A stretch of 64,000 nt of DNA from Centroscyllium fabricii (Eukaryota): assembly GCA_051313645.2 (NCBI GenBank), contig JBNRSN020000003.1, positions 212,288,001-212,352,000 of the forward strand, in the 5' to 3' direction. Under the pieces are notes generated by a model, which was not told the DNA's origin, did no database searches, and was given only the letters and a program-made list of their open reading frames with translations. The stretch's first letter is position 1; every line of letters begins with the position of its first letter. Of the stretch, positions 63,481 to 64,000 are shown piece after piece. Made by a program: the position numbers and the translations under genes.

Positions 63481-64000
63481 ATGTAAGAAGTCACACAACA
63501 CCAGATTATAGTCCAACAGTTTTATTTGAAATCACAAGCGTTCCGAGCGTTGCTCCTTCATCAGGTGTAAGAGAGATGCATTTAAACACAGCATATATAG
63601 ACGGAGAACAGTGTAATCTTTCCAACTGCCCTACATCACACCTTATCAGAGAGACATATCAAAGTTGAATGGTGTTTAAACAGGTCAGTCAGTCAGGCAG
63701 GCATCACCCTAGGAACAATGAGGTGCAGTCACATGTGATGTCCTCACCACGCAGATGCGGCTGTACCGGCTGCGATTTCCAGCAAGAATTTTTTTTTTTT
63801 AATTGTTCTGTGTGGGTTTTCACACAGACCCAGACTGCAACATTTGACCCTTTGTGACTGCACCTCATTGATCTCAGGGTGGTGCCTGCTTGACTGACTG
63901 ACCTGTTTAAACACCATTCACACCTTTGATTGCTATGAATGTCTCTCTGATAAGGTGTGATGTAGGGCAGTTGGAAAGATTACATTGTTCTCCGTCTACA
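63481..64000. mobile_element. Penelope-like family A variant with a long inverted duplication, running off the window
   Basis: ~63598-63733 is the inverted copy of ~63853-64000. The join at gtcacatgtga coincides with the ORF-end sequence (catgtga) seen at 19136-19142. The hammerhead core is degenerate. Confidence 0.82.

Overview
Non-coding, repeat-rich eukaryotic DNA. The mix of HE1-type SINEs, CR1/HER1 LINEs, Deu-domain SINEs, Rex1/Babar, RTE and Penelope-like elements points to a cartilaginous fish, probably a shark (inference). I recognise no host protein-coding exon; every recognisable ORF is a transposon fragment. The centrepiece is a decayed Gypsy LTR retrotransposon (25000-31765, minus strand, tRNA-Ser primer site). 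Its integrase is split by a much younger non-coding LTR element (25719-27828): two near-identical ~973-bp LTRs, a 163-bp interior and a 5-bp TSD. This nested element lacks a tRNA primer site and instead shows the Tf1/sushi self-priming architecture: an 11-nt primer site complementary to the predicted transcript start about 30 nt after a TATA-like box, plus a U5-leader stem. Second, about ten Penelope-like insertions from two families carry minimal hammerhead-ribozyme motifs. Most have 11-13 bp TSDs, and several form fold-back palindromes (one perfect over 194 bp). Also present: nested MITEs, a solo LTR, a tRNA-Leu pseudogene and a local duplication. All coordinates were read by eye and may be off by a few bases.
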